The notes: a model not told the origin generated them from the sequence alone. Shown: positions 1 to 8,230, numbered from the stretch's first letter. The stretch is 32,292 bases of DNA from Campylobacterota bacterium (GCA_034717975.1 JAYEMF010000114.1:1-32292), one strand, 5' to 3'. Made by a program: numbers and translations.

Positions 1-70
1 ATCACAAAGTCGTATGCAACGCTGATGATACACAGGGTTTTTAGAGGTGCCCTAAAGTGAATGGATTTTC

Positions 71-79
71 TGTTATAAT
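71..79 (+). promoter_or_regulatory. Extended -10 promoter element (TGnTATAAT) for the YccA-family gene
   Basis: TGTTATAAT at 71-79, followed by an AAGGA Shine-Dalgarno just before ATG 112. Confidence 0.65.
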
Positions 80-111
80 CCCATCGCTAAAAAAACAGAA
101 GGAATTTACAC

Positions 112-813
112 ATGGGTCTTTATGATCGTGACTATGCAAGGGAAAATACAACATATGGCTACGGAAGCGTCGGACGCTCTGAAGCTCAGATCGTCTCGTT
201 TGTAAAAGAGACTTACAAGCTTTTTGCCGCCTCAATGATGGCTGGAGCTGTAGGTGCTTATGTCGGTATACCAATGGCTGGGGCCATCCAGGCAAACTTT
301 TGGATGCTTTTTATCTTAGAGATTGGGCTCTTGATCGGTCTTCAGTTTGTAAAACACAAGCCTGGAATCAACCTGGCTGTAATGTTTGGGTTTGTCTTTA
401 TGACAGGTATTACACTTGCTCCGCTTTTGGCACGCACCTTGGGAATGTCCGGCGGTGGTGCAATCATTGGTAATGCTTTTGCTATGACATCGGTAGTTTT
501 TGGTGCTATGAGCTTTTTTGCGATTAAAACGACTAAAGATTTTACCGGTTATGGCAAACCTTTAATGATTGCACTGCTTGTAATCATCGGTTTTTCTATC
601 GTAAATATCTTTTTAGGTAATCCAATGCTCCACGTCATCATCTCCGGTGCTGTCGTTGTTCTCTTTAGTATCCTGGTTATCTACGATACACAAAACATTA
701 TGCAAGGTAACTATGAGACAGCCATTGATGGTGCGATCGCCCTTTACCTTGACTTCTTAAATATCTTTACTGCCCTACTTCAACTTTTTGGAATCTTTGG
801 CAGCGAAGACTAA
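112..813 (+). CDS. Bax inhibitor-1/YccA family membrane protein
   Basis: 233 aa, about 7 hydrophobic segments, ILVIYDTQNI and AIALYLDFLNIF motifs typical of the BI-1/YccA C-terminus. Confidence 0.92.
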   Translation: MGLYDRDYARENTTYGYGSVGRSEAQIVSFVKETYKLFAASMMAGAVGAYVGIPMAGAIQANFWMLFILEIGLLIGLQFVKHKPGINLAVMFGFVFMTGITLAPLLARTLGMSGGGAIIGNAFAMTSVVFGAMSFFAIKTTKDFTGYGKPLMIALLVIIGFSIVNIFLGNPMLHVIISGAVVVLFSILVIYDTQNIMQGNYETAIDGAIALYLDFLNIFTALLQLFGIFGSED

Positions 814-819
814 ATCGTC

Positions 820-844
820 TTACGGGAGTTTTTTACTCTCGTAA
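820..844 (+). terminator. Stem-loop after the YccA gene, probable terminator
   Basis: TTACGGGAGT (820-829) pairs with ACTCTCGTAA (835-844), one G-U pair; only a weak U tail. Confidence 0.5.
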
Positions 845-925
845 TCTTCATACTACTAAGTAGTTATACAAATCTTGACTACAAAATTTCTATAACTGCT
901 CACTAGCTCTCAAAAAGGAAATAAA

Positions 926-1135
926 ATGGGTCGTGCAAATAACTCAAGCGTTGAAATGGATAACGGTCTTAAAATGGCCTATAAAGCCCGCGCCAAACGA
1001 GATACTTTTGGTACCGCTACAGAGCCAAATAAAGAAAAAGAAGCCGGAAAGCGTAAAGAAGCAGATGCTAAACAAAAAGCCAAGGCAAAAGCCAAAGCTA
1101 AAATGGCCAAAAAGTCTAAACGCAAAAACAAATAA
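926..1135 (+). CDS. Small Lys/Ala-rich basic hypothetical protein (69 aa)
   Basis: Strong AAAGGA RBS before ATG 926; stop lies 1 nt before the next ATG (1137); KAKAKAKAK low-complexity tail. Confidence 0.7.
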   Translation: MGRANNSSVEMDNGLKMAYKARAKRDTFGTATEPNKEKEAGKRKEADAKQKAKAKAKAKMAKKSKRKNK

Positions 1136-1136
1136 G

Positions 1137-1544
1137 ATGCCTATCTCTTTTGACCCTTCACTCTACCGTATTATCGATGCCAATCTTAATCGTCTTAAAG
1201 AGGGGGTTCGTGTCATAGAGGACATCGCACGATATATCAATAATGACAAGGCGTTAGCCTCAAAACTGAAAGAGCTGCGTCATCAAAGCAGAATCGATGA
1301 TCTTCAAAACCTTTTGGGTTCACGTGACAGTGTGAATGATGTATTACGGCCTACACGCGAAAGTGAAATGAACCGTGACTCACTCGAAAGCATCATTATT
1401 GCCAACTATAAGCGGGCACAGGAGTCATCACGAGTATTGGAAGAGATGTATAAGATCGTCCAACCTGAACTTTCCGAAACGTTCAAAACAATCCGCTATA
1501 CATTATATGCGTTAGAGAAAGAGAATCTCCTTACGTCTGAATGA
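1137..1544 (+). CDS. Stand-alone ThiD2-like domain protein (N-terminal domain of long thiamine-phosphate synthases)
   Basis: RIIDANLNRLKEGVRVIED, ANYKRAQESSRVLEE and FKTIRYTLYALEK motifs; start reassigned from 933 to ATG 1137 (MPISFD). Confidence 0.8.
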   Translation: MPISFDPSLYRIIDANLNRLKEGVRVIEDIARYINNDKALASKLKELRHQSRIDDLQNLLGSRDSVNDVLRPTRESEMNRDSLESIIIANYKRAQESSRVLEEMYKIVQPELSETFKTIRYTLYALEKENLLTSE

Positions 1545-2217
1545 AGACGACTTCAAACTCCAGGTAATCCAGCGGATAGGTTTCCATTAAAGTCTTGGTC
1601 TGCTTATAACTAAGCGCATTCCGTCCTCCGCTGACACCACTTTTTTTGATATAACGAAACATTTCACGAACAGAGTCAAACGCCAGTTTATAGTGAACAG
1701 TATGAGCATCCGCATTAAAACAGTTTTTAGCCAAAGCAGCCACTTCATCACTACTTCGGAGCAGCGGTGTCAGACCTGCTGTTTTAAAAAGTGTTGCAAA
1801 TGTATTTTCAGTGAAGATCGCTAACGATACAGGTGTCTTTAATGAAGCGATAGACAAAAACACACTTCTTAGATCTACCGACCATTGCAGTGCCGAAGCG
1901 GAAAAGATCCGATCAAACTGTAAGAGATGTAAGTGATCAAAAAGATTGGGATCATTGAAATCCCCATAGATACACTCGATGTTCGCACCTTTGGGATGCA
2001 ACTCCAGCATTCTAGGGGCAAAATCAATACCAAGAAAATGGGTTGGCAGATAGGGCAGGGTTTGGAACAGTGCTCCATTCCCGCAACCCAGATCGAGAAG
2101 CCGTGCCGGCTCTTCGCCATTGAGATCTTCTACCAGTTTGGCAGCCACCTGTTTCTGGATAACGTTGTAATCGCCGTAATGATCAGCGTAGCGGGAAAAT
2201 TCGTTCTGGGCACTCAT
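1531..2217 (-). CDS. bioC: SAM-dependent methyltransferase, BioC-like (malonyl-ACP O-methyltransferase)
   Basis: FSRYADHY...VIQKQVA N-terminus, LLDLGCGNG SAM motif, SASALQW and IKKSGVSG. Confidence 0.75.
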   Translation of the reverse strand: MSAQNEFSRYADHYGDYNVIQKQVAAKLVEDLNGEEPARLLDLGCGNGALFQTLPYLPTHFLGIDFAPRMLELHPKGANIECIYGDFNDPNLFDHLHLLQFDRIFSASALQWSVDLRSVFLSIASLKTPVSLAIFTENTFATLFKTAGLTPLLRSSDEVAALAKNCFNADAHTVHYKLAFDSVREMFRYIKKSGVSGGRNALSYKQTKTLMETYPLDYLEFEVVFIQT

Positions 2218-3011
2218 CGTCGGTTTATCAAAAGGGAAACAATAAATATTACCAAAATGGCTAAAACAATGGTCGCCCCACTTGGTAATGCAAAATTGTA
2301 AGATACTGTCATTCCAACGGCAACAGAGGCCAGGGAAAAGAGCAGCGCCAAAAGAATTGTTCTGGCAAATCCCTGACCATATTGAAGTGCAGATACGGTT
2401 GGGATCACCATCAGAGCACCGATAAGAAGTGTACCCACAACGCGGATGGAAAGGGCAATGATCACGGCGACAATCGTTACCAGTAAAAAGTTAAATAACT
2501 TGACACGTATGCCGCTTGTCTGCGCCACCTCTTCATCAAAAGCGATAAAATAGAACTCTTTATAGAACCCAAGCAGTACGGCCAAGGCAATACCTCCAAA
2601 AAGAATCATGGTAACCACATCGTCATAACTCACCGAGAGAATCGAACCAAAAAGGTAACTGAACAACGAGCTGTTAAAAGCTCCGGCCAACGACACAATA
2701 ATAATCGCCAGAGCCAGTGAACCCGAAAGGAAAATGGCCAATACTGCATCGGAGTAGAGCTGATAAAAACTGCGCAGATACTCAATAGTCCAGGCACTGA
2801 TCAGTGAAACGATCACCGCCATCCAGATCGGACTGCCCCCAACAAGCAGTCCGACAGCCACCCCGACCAGCGCCGAGTGAGCAAGCGTTTCTGTCATCAT
2901 CGAGTAACGGCGTAAAACGATAAATGATCCGCTGACTGAGGCTAAAATAGCGATGATAATCCCAGCGAGAAAGGCTCGCTGCATAAAATCATATTCCAAC
3001 ATTTCTAACAT
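2214..3011 (-). CDS. znuB: Metal (Zn/Mn) ABC transporter permease
   Basis: YDFMQRAFLAG, ETLAHSALVGVA, LFSYLFGSIL, FDEEVA, VVGTLLIGALMVIP and PSGATIVL (ABC-3 family). Confidence 0.9.
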   Translation of the reverse strand: MLEMLEYDFMQRAFLAGIIIAILASVSGSFIVLRRYSMMTETLAHSALVGVAVGLLVGGSPIWMAVIVSLISAWTIEYLRSFYQLYSDAVLAIFLSGSLALAIIIVSLAGAFNSSLFSYLFGSILSVSYDDVVTMILFGGIALAVLLGFYKEFYFIAFDEEVAQTSGIRVKLFNFLLVTIVAVIIALSIRVVGTLLIGALMVIPTVSALQYGQGFARTILLALLFSLASVAVGMTVSYNFALPSGATIVLAILVIFIVSLLINRR

Positions 3012-3225
3012 GTTCCGCTCTTTATTAATATGACTTTACTCCCTAAAATTATGCCCCCGGCATTATTTTTTAACGGGAGATATCGCTGCATAAAATCATA
3101 TTCCAACATTTCTAACATGTTCCGCTCTTTATTAATATGACTTTACTCCCTAAAATTATGCCCCCGGCATTATTTTTTAACGGGAGATATCGCTGCATAA
3201 AATCATATTCCAACATTTCTAACAT
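2976..3225. repeat. Exact tandem repeat with 107-bp period: three copies of the first 36 bp of znuB separated by two identical 71-bp spacers
   Basis: TCGCTGCATAAAATCATATTCCAACATTTCTAACAT at 2976-3011, 3083-3118 and 3190-3225; spacers 3012-3082 and 3119-3189 are identical. Confidence 0.97.
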
Positions 3226-3246
3226 ATGATTTCCTTATGGAAATCA

Positions 3247-3383
3247 GGGAAGGGGGAGGAGAAAAGAGGAAAGAGATTAATAGACTCAAATAAAATAGAA
3301 GATTTCAATAGCAGTTCCTTTCTTTTCCTCTTAAGGTGCAAAGCAGCGAGCTTTTGAACATAGCGCACCCTTTCCTCTTCCCC
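3247..3383. repeat. Purine/pyrimidine tracts (GGGAAGAGGAAAG-type) forming an imperfect inverted repeat between znuC and znuB
   Basis: GGGAAGGGGGAGGAGAAAAGAGGAAAGA from 3247; TTCCTTTCTTTTCCTCTT at about 3315-3332; CCCTTTCCTCTTCCCC at 3368-3383. Confidence 0.65.
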
Positions 3384-3386
3384 GGC

Positions 3387-4151
3387 TTAATGATGGTGAT
3401 GATGATTATGCAACAGATGCGCATCAATGCCATAGAGCTTGCTCATCTCAGCACAGCTGAGTGCTTCTTTAGGATCATTACACGTCAAGAGATGCTGGTT
3501 AACCGTAAAGAGGCGGCCGATATCATCGGCAATCACCCCGATATCATGGGTAATGAACAAGATCGTGATCTTCTCATTCCGGTTGAGTTCCCGAAGCAGC
3601 CTGTAAAAACGCTGCTGGGAGACCATATCGACACCGGTATTTGGCTCATCCAGAATAAGCACTTCCGGTTCTGATGCAAGCGCCCTGGCAATCATAACCC
3701 GTTGACGCTGACCACCCGAAAGTGTACCGATCAGCTTCTCTCGAAGATGCAGAACATCCATCTTTCGCATCGCCTCTTCAACTACGTTTGTGTCAACCTG
3801 GCGAACTTTTCCAAACAGTCCACGCTTGGTCGTACGTCCCATCATCACCACTTCGTGAACAGATGCAGGAAAATTGATATCTACCTGCGAGACCCGCTGA
3901 GGAACATAACCGATCTTCTCCCATGACTTAAACTGCCCATAGGGTAATCCAAAAAGACGGATCTCGCCGCTGTCAGCTTTTTGAAGGCCTAATAAAATTC
4001 GAACAAGCGTCGTCTTTCCACCACCATTTGGGCCTATCAATGCGGCATATTCACCTTTGTTCAACTGTAAGGATACGTTATCGAGAATAGTTTGGCCACG
4101 CAGGGATAGAGAGAGGTTCCTGACCTCAAAAACAGAGACATCAAATCTCAT
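3387..4151 (-). CDS. znuC: Metal ABC transporter ATP-binding protein
   Basis: Walker A GPNGGGKTT, IGYVPQ, LSGGQRQR, LILDEP, ITHD; His-rich C-terminus; start placed at ATG 4151 next to the znuA stop. Confidence 0.92.
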   Translation of the reverse strand: MRFDVSVFEVRNLSLSLRGQTILDNVSLQLNKGEYAALIGPNGGGKTTLVRILLGLQKADSGEIRLFGLPYGQFKSWEKIGYVPQRVSQVDINFPASVHEVVMMGRTTKRGLFGKVRQVDTNVVEEAMRKMDVLHLREKLIGTLSGGQRQRVMIARALASEPEVLILDEPNTGVDMVSQQRFYRLLRELNRNEKITILFITHDIGVIADDIGRLFTVNQHLLTCNDPKEALSCAEMSKLYGIDAHLLHNHHHHH

Positions 4152-4152
4152 C

Positions 4153-5130
4153 TCACGCACACTCCATCGCTGCTTTGAGTTTATCAAGGTTGCGTTCCAT
4201 CAGCTCTATATAGTTCATATTCTGCTCAGCTTCATCAGCAGTAATATTGCCAAGCGGCTGAAGGGTCTGCACCTTCGCCCCAGTCTCATTTGCGATCTCT
4301 TTGATCAGACGATCACTGACAAACGACTCAAAAAATACTGTTTTCAGATGATGTGATTTAACCAGGTCGCTCAATTGCGCCATACGTTTGGCACTTGGCA
4401 TCGATTCAGGAGATAGGCCCGTAAGCGCTGTCACTTTAAATCCGTAACGCTCGGCCAGATAACCAAAAGCATTGTGATTGACAACTATCATCGACTGCTT
4501 GCACGATGACAGTTCTCTTTTATAACGGTTGTCGAGCTTATGCAGCTGTGCAATATACTTCTCACTATTACGCTGAAACTCTTCTGCACCCTCAGGGATA
4601 AGCTGACTAAGGCGCTCTTTAATCACCTCTGTCGCACGGATCATATTGGCACTATCAAGCCAATAGTGTGGATCGACACCCTCATGATGATGCTCTTCTT
4701 CATGTTCATCATGCTCTGTATCATCAGCATGCTGAGCTTCCTCCTCAGGATGAGCCATCTCATCTTCATCTTCGAGATGACGCAGTTTCACAAACTTGGA
4801 GATATTTAGCGTCTCGGTACTTTCAGCAAAAGCATCACTCCACGGTTCAAGCCCTGCCCCGCTATAGATAAAGAGTTTACTTTTACTTAACCGGACAAGA
4901 TCTTTTGGCGTCGGTTCAAAACTATGCAGGTCTGTCCCGAAAGGCACCACCATAAAAAGCTCAACACGTTCATCGACAATATGTTTTACGATATCGTACA
5001 TGGCGAAGGTACTCACAGCAATACGCGGTTTTTCGTCAACTTGAGTTGATACACCCTCTTTACTCTTAAATGTGAGAAACCCAACTAAAACGATCACGAT
5101 TAAAAGAAGAAATATGATCGCTTTTTTCAC
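4153..5130 (-). CDS. znuA: Metal ABC transporter substrate-binding protein (ZnuA/AdcA cluster A-I)
   Basis: N-terminal hydrophobic anchor, DLHSFEPTP, His/acidic-rich loop, DPHYWLD and HNAFGYLAERYG. Confidence 0.9.
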   Translation of the reverse strand: MKKAIIFLLLIVIVLVGFLTFKSKEGVSTQVDEKPRIAVSTFAMYDIVKHIVDERVELFMVVPFGTDLHSFEPTPKDLVRLSKSKLFIYSGAGLEPWSDAFAESTETLNISKFVKLRHLEDEDEMAHPEEEAQHADDTEHDEHEEEHHHEGVDPHYWLDSANMIRATEVIKERLSQLIPEGAEEFQRNSEKYIAQLHKLDNRYKRELSSCKQSMIVVNHNAFGYLAERYGFKVTALTGLSPESMPSAKRMAQLSDLVKSHHLKTVFFESFVSDRLIKEIANETGAKVQTLQPLGNITADEAEQNMNYIELMERNLDKLKAAMECA

Positions 5131-5153
5131 GGACAGCCCTCTGTTTTTATGAA

Positions 5154-5199
5154 ATTATAGCGCACCCTCCCTGCACCTTTAATTTTATTTCGCTATAAT
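5154..5199. promoter_or_regulatory. Divergent -10 boxes for znuACB (-) and secG-frr-pyrE (+)
   Basis: TATAAT on the minus strand at 5154-5159 and on the plus strand at 5194-5199, both preceded by CGC. Confidence 0.55.
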
Positions 5200-5280
5200 T
5201 CGCCACTTTATATATGAACTGGGTAGCCCCGATACCGTCATAAGTGACTTTAATGCTGCCCGTTTTCGAGGATAATCATT

Positions 5281-5646
5281 ATGACTAGCATTTTGCTCAT
5301 CACGCAAATTGTTCTGGTAGTAGTACTAACTATCGCCGTACTTCTGCAAAAAAGTTCCAGTATCGGCCTGGGTGCCTATAGCGGTTCAAACGAATCTGTT
5401 TTCGGTGCCAAAGGTCCGGGAAGCTTTCTTGCCAAAGTAACCTTTACTCTAGGCTTTCTATTTGTTGTCAACACTGTAGCACTTGGCTATTTTTACGGCC
5501 AGGCACGCAATGCTTCAGTTGTTGACAGTGTCGTTGAAACGACTGATATTGCTGCACCAACAGTCAACCCTTCAGCGGAGGCAACTGATATCGCCGCGCC
5601 AAATGTTGACGTAGCCGCACCGGCAGAAGCCGAAACCACCAAGTAA
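5281..5646 (+). CDS. secG: Preprotein translocase subunit SecG
   Basis: VLLQKSSSIGLGAYSGSNESVFGAKGP between two TM helices; GAGGA RBS. Confidence 0.95.
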   Translation: MTSILLITQIVLVVVLTIAVLLQKSSSIGLGAYSGSNESVFGAKGPGSFLAKVTFTLGFLFVVNTVALGYFYGQARNASVVDSVVETTDIAAPTVNPSAEATDIAAPNVDVAAPAEAETTK

Positions 5647-5650
5647 CCCT

Positions 5651-6592
5651 ATGCGCAAGTTCCTCTTTCTTGCGCTTTTACCACTCCTTCTCTGGGGTGA
5701 CGCTCATATTTTTGTCTACCACCGCTTCGGCGACCCCAAACATGCCTCGACCAATACATCGATTGAAGTTTTACGTGCCGAATTCGAGTACTTCAAAAAA
5801 CATGGTTATGAGGTCATCTCTCTGAAACAACTTAGCGATGCCTTTAAGCAGGGCAAACCGATCAAAGAGAACTGGGTTGTACTGACCATTGACGACAGTT
5901 ATAAGAGTTTCTACAACAATGGGCTTCCTCTCTTCAAAGAGTATGGCTACCCCTTTACCCTTTTTATCTATATTGAGGCAATCGACAAAAAATACAATGA
6001 CTTTATGACCTGGGAGCAGATCAGAGAGACAAAAAAATATGGGGAAATCGGCCTGCACAGTTACGGTCACCACCATATGGTTTCTATGACTCCGGAAGCC
6101 ATTCGCAAAGATACCCAAAAAGGGTTTGATTCATTTTTCGATCATCTGGGCGAAAAACCAAAATATTATGCCTACCCATTTGGAGAGTACGATCAGAAGG
6201 TTCGCACAGAGATAGAGTCGTTTGGCTTTGATCTCATTATCAACCAAAACAGCGGTGCTGTCGATCATCAAAGTGATCCGAATGATCTTGACCGAACAGC
6301 ATTGACCGGTGAGAATCTCGTCGCACAGAAACTGCGTATCAAAACCCTTCCGACAACCTGGATATCCCCTAAGGGTTGGCCTGAAAATGGTAAGCTTAAA
6401 TCAATTCACGCTACAATTCCACCCGATATAAAGCATCTGGAGTATTACCTCTCCGGACATGGCTGGCAACGTACAAAAGCTGAGAACGGGATAGTTAACA
6501 CTGATGTCAACCTTTCTCTCAAATTCAAGCGAAGCCGTCTTTTTTTAAAGCACGGCCATCAACAAAGCAGTATTATCTTAGTCAAGGAATAA
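5651..6592 (+). CDS. Secreted polysaccharide deacetylase (CE4/NodB family)
   Basis: Signal peptide; [20 protein letters not shown] and YAYPFGEY motifs. Confidence 0.88.
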   Translation: MRKFLFLALLPLLLWGDAHIFVYHRFGDPKHASTNTSIEVLRAEFEYFKKHGYEVISLKQLSDAFKQGKPIKENWVVLTIDDSYKSFYNNGLPLFKEYGYPFTLFIYIEAIDKKYNDFMTWEQIRETKKYGEIGLHSYGHHHMVSMTPEAIRKDTQKGFDSFFDHLGEKPKYYAYPFGEYDQKVRTEIESFGFDLIINQNSGAVDHQSDPNDLDRTALTGENLVAQKLRIKTLPTTWISPKGWPENGKLKSIHATIPPDIKHLEYYLSGHGWQRTKAENGIVNTDVNLSLKFKRSRLFLKHGHQQSSIILVKE

Positions 6593-6597
6593 ACAAC

Positions 6598-7155
6598 ATG
6601 GTCAATGAAATTCAAAATGAATGTCAAGCACAGATGGAAGGCTCTATTGAGCATATGAAGCATGATTTTAAATCATTGCGTACTGGTAAAGTAACCACTC
6701 AGGTACTCGATAATATCAAAGTTGATTATTATGGTACTCCAACTGCACTTGACCAGGTGGCTTCAGTGCTAGCTACTGATGCTACGACTATCGTTATCTC
6801 TCCTTGGGAAAAACATCTTGTAGCCGACATTGAGTCAGCGATTGCCAAGGCCAATATTGGCGTCAACCCAAACAATGACGGTGAGACAGTCAAGCTTTTC
6901 TTTCCTCCAATGACGGTTGAACAGCGTCAGGAGACTGTTAAGAAGATGAAAGGGATGGGCGAAGATGCCAAGGTCTCTGTCCGCAACGATCGTAAAAAAG
7001 CGAATGACAAGATCAAGAAACTTGAAAAAGATAAAGAGATCACAGGGGATGAGTCTAAAGGCGCACAAGATCAGGTCCAGAAGATTACTGACAGCTTTAT
7101 TGGCCAGATCGATGCGATCCTGAAAGATAAAGAAGCAGAGATACTAAAAGTATAA
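6598..7155 (+). CDS. frr: Ribosome recycling factor
   Basis: [29 protein letters not shown] and KVSVRNDR. Confidence 0.97.
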   Translation: MVNEIQNECQAQMEGSIEHMKHDFKSLRTGKVTTQVLDNIKVDYYGTPTALDQVASVLATDATTIVISPWEKHLVADIESAIAKANIGVNPNNDGETVKLFFPPMTVEQRQETVKKMKGMGEDAKVSVRNDRKKANDKIKKLEKDKEITGDESKGAQDQVQKITDSFIGQIDAILKDKEAEILKV

Positions 7156-7292
7156 TTTCGACTTTTGTCGAAATTCGGGAAGAGGAAAGAGGGAAGAGGA
7201 AAGAGGGAAGAGCAATAAGCTTTTCGTTAGTGACACGGTCACTCCCCCTTTCCCCTTTCCCCTTTCCCCTTCACCTTTTTCCGAAGGAAAAA
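7154..7292. repeat. Heptamer tandem repeats flanked by hairpins in the frr-pyrE gap
   Basis: Hairpin AATTTCGAC-tttt-GTCGAAATT at 7154-7175; five alternating GGGAAGA/GGAAAGA units at 7177-7211; about four CCCCTTT units at 7245-7272; hairpin TTTTTCC-GAA-GGAAAAA at 7276-7292. Confidence 0.9.
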
Positions 7293-7294
7293 CA

Positions 7295-7906
7295 ATGGAC
7301 GTTAAAAAAATCTATATGAATGCAGATGCACTTTTAGAAGGGCATTTCAAACTGAGTTCCGGCAACCATTCACAGTTCTATCTGCAATCTGCCAAGGTGC
7401 TTGAAGATCCTAAAAATGCTAAAATTCTAGCTGAAGCGGTAGCTGCGCAGATTCAAGAAAGCGGACTTGAGGTTGATACCGTATGTGCCCCTGCCCTTGG
7501 CGGACTTATCGCAGGTTTTGCTCTGGCAACTGCTCTAGATAAGCGCTCTATCTTTGCTGAACGTGTTGATGGCGCGATGACTATCCGTCGTGGTTTTGAA
7601 GTAACAAAGGGAGAGAGAGTGATTATCTGTGAAGATATCATCACAACGGGTGGCTCCGCTATGGAAGCCGCTGCAGCAATTGAAGCACTTGGCGGGAAAG
7701 TCGTTGGTATCGCCGCCCTGGCAAACCGTGGTTTCTGTCATCGTGAAAATAGCGATGTAGTACGTAAGGCCAACTGTAAACTGCCTAAAAATCTGCCATT
7801 TTTTGCCTTGGAAGATTTTACCTTCGAAATGTATGCCCCCGAAGATTGTCCACTCTGTAAAACCGGAGAGTCTGAAGCAATTAAACCGGGATCAAGAGGA
7901 AATTAA
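7295..7906 (+). CDS. pyrE: Orotate phosphoribosyltransferase
   Basis: [20 protein letters not shown]-binding [11 protein letters not shown] and C-terminal KPGSR. Confidence 0.96.
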   Translation: MDVKKIYMNADALLEGHFKLSSGNHSQFYLQSAKVLEDPKNAKILAEAVAAQIQESGLEVDTVCAPALGGLIAGFALATALDKRSIFAERVDGAMTIRRGFEVTKGERVIICEDIITTGGSAMEAAAAIEALGGKVVGIAALANRGFCHRENSDVVRKANCKLPKNLPFFALEDFTFEMYAPEDCPLCKTGESEAIKPGSRGN

Positions 7907-7939
7907 TCCCTGAGAACAGTACTGAATTTTAAAATCGAC

Positions 7940-8230
7940 ATGGATCACCTGCAGAAGGTGCAACGCACTATTCGCAAAGCAGGCAATATTTTTCCAAATG
8001 AACAGGAGCTGGTCAAGACACTTGAAGAGATGATCACCAAAGCGCAGGATGATGATACTCTCAATGCCTATTACAGTATGGCCCAGTATCTCAAACAGCG
8101 TTTAAGAGAAGTCTCTGGGAATCTTGAAACACCTCAGCCAGGCATCTCTCAGGCAATTGAAGATCTGACCTGGTCGATCAACTATCTCCAGTGGCTCGTC
8201 GCTGAACAAAAAGAAGATACCTCCCGTTAA
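7940..8230 (+). CDS. Hypothetical, predicted all-alpha protein (96 aa)
   Basis: Fills the gap after pyrE; amphipathic helical pattern; no clear RBS. Confidence 0.6.
   Translation: MDHLQKVQRTIRKAGNIFPNEQELVKTLEEMITKAQDDDTLNAYYSMAQYLKQRLREVSGNLETPQPGISQAIEDLTWSINYLQWLVAEQKEDTSR

Noticed and set aside
1..60. Possible 3' end of an upstream gene (frame 1 open to TGA at 58-60)
   Set aside because: Only 19 codons with no recognisable motif; cannot be supported
933..1136. N-terminal extension of the 203-aa ORF
   Set aside because: It overlaps the RBS-supported 926..1135 ORF; family motifs begin only after ATG 1137
2976..3225. CRISPR array or TIGR-like array (36-bp repeats with spacers)
   Set aside because: The spacers are identical and 71 bp long, the repeat is the coding start of znuB, and there is no cas or Nop-domain gene in the window
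5536..5643. Repeated TDIAAP units in the SecG tail
   Set aside because: A degenerate low-complexity tail; variable SecG C-termini are common
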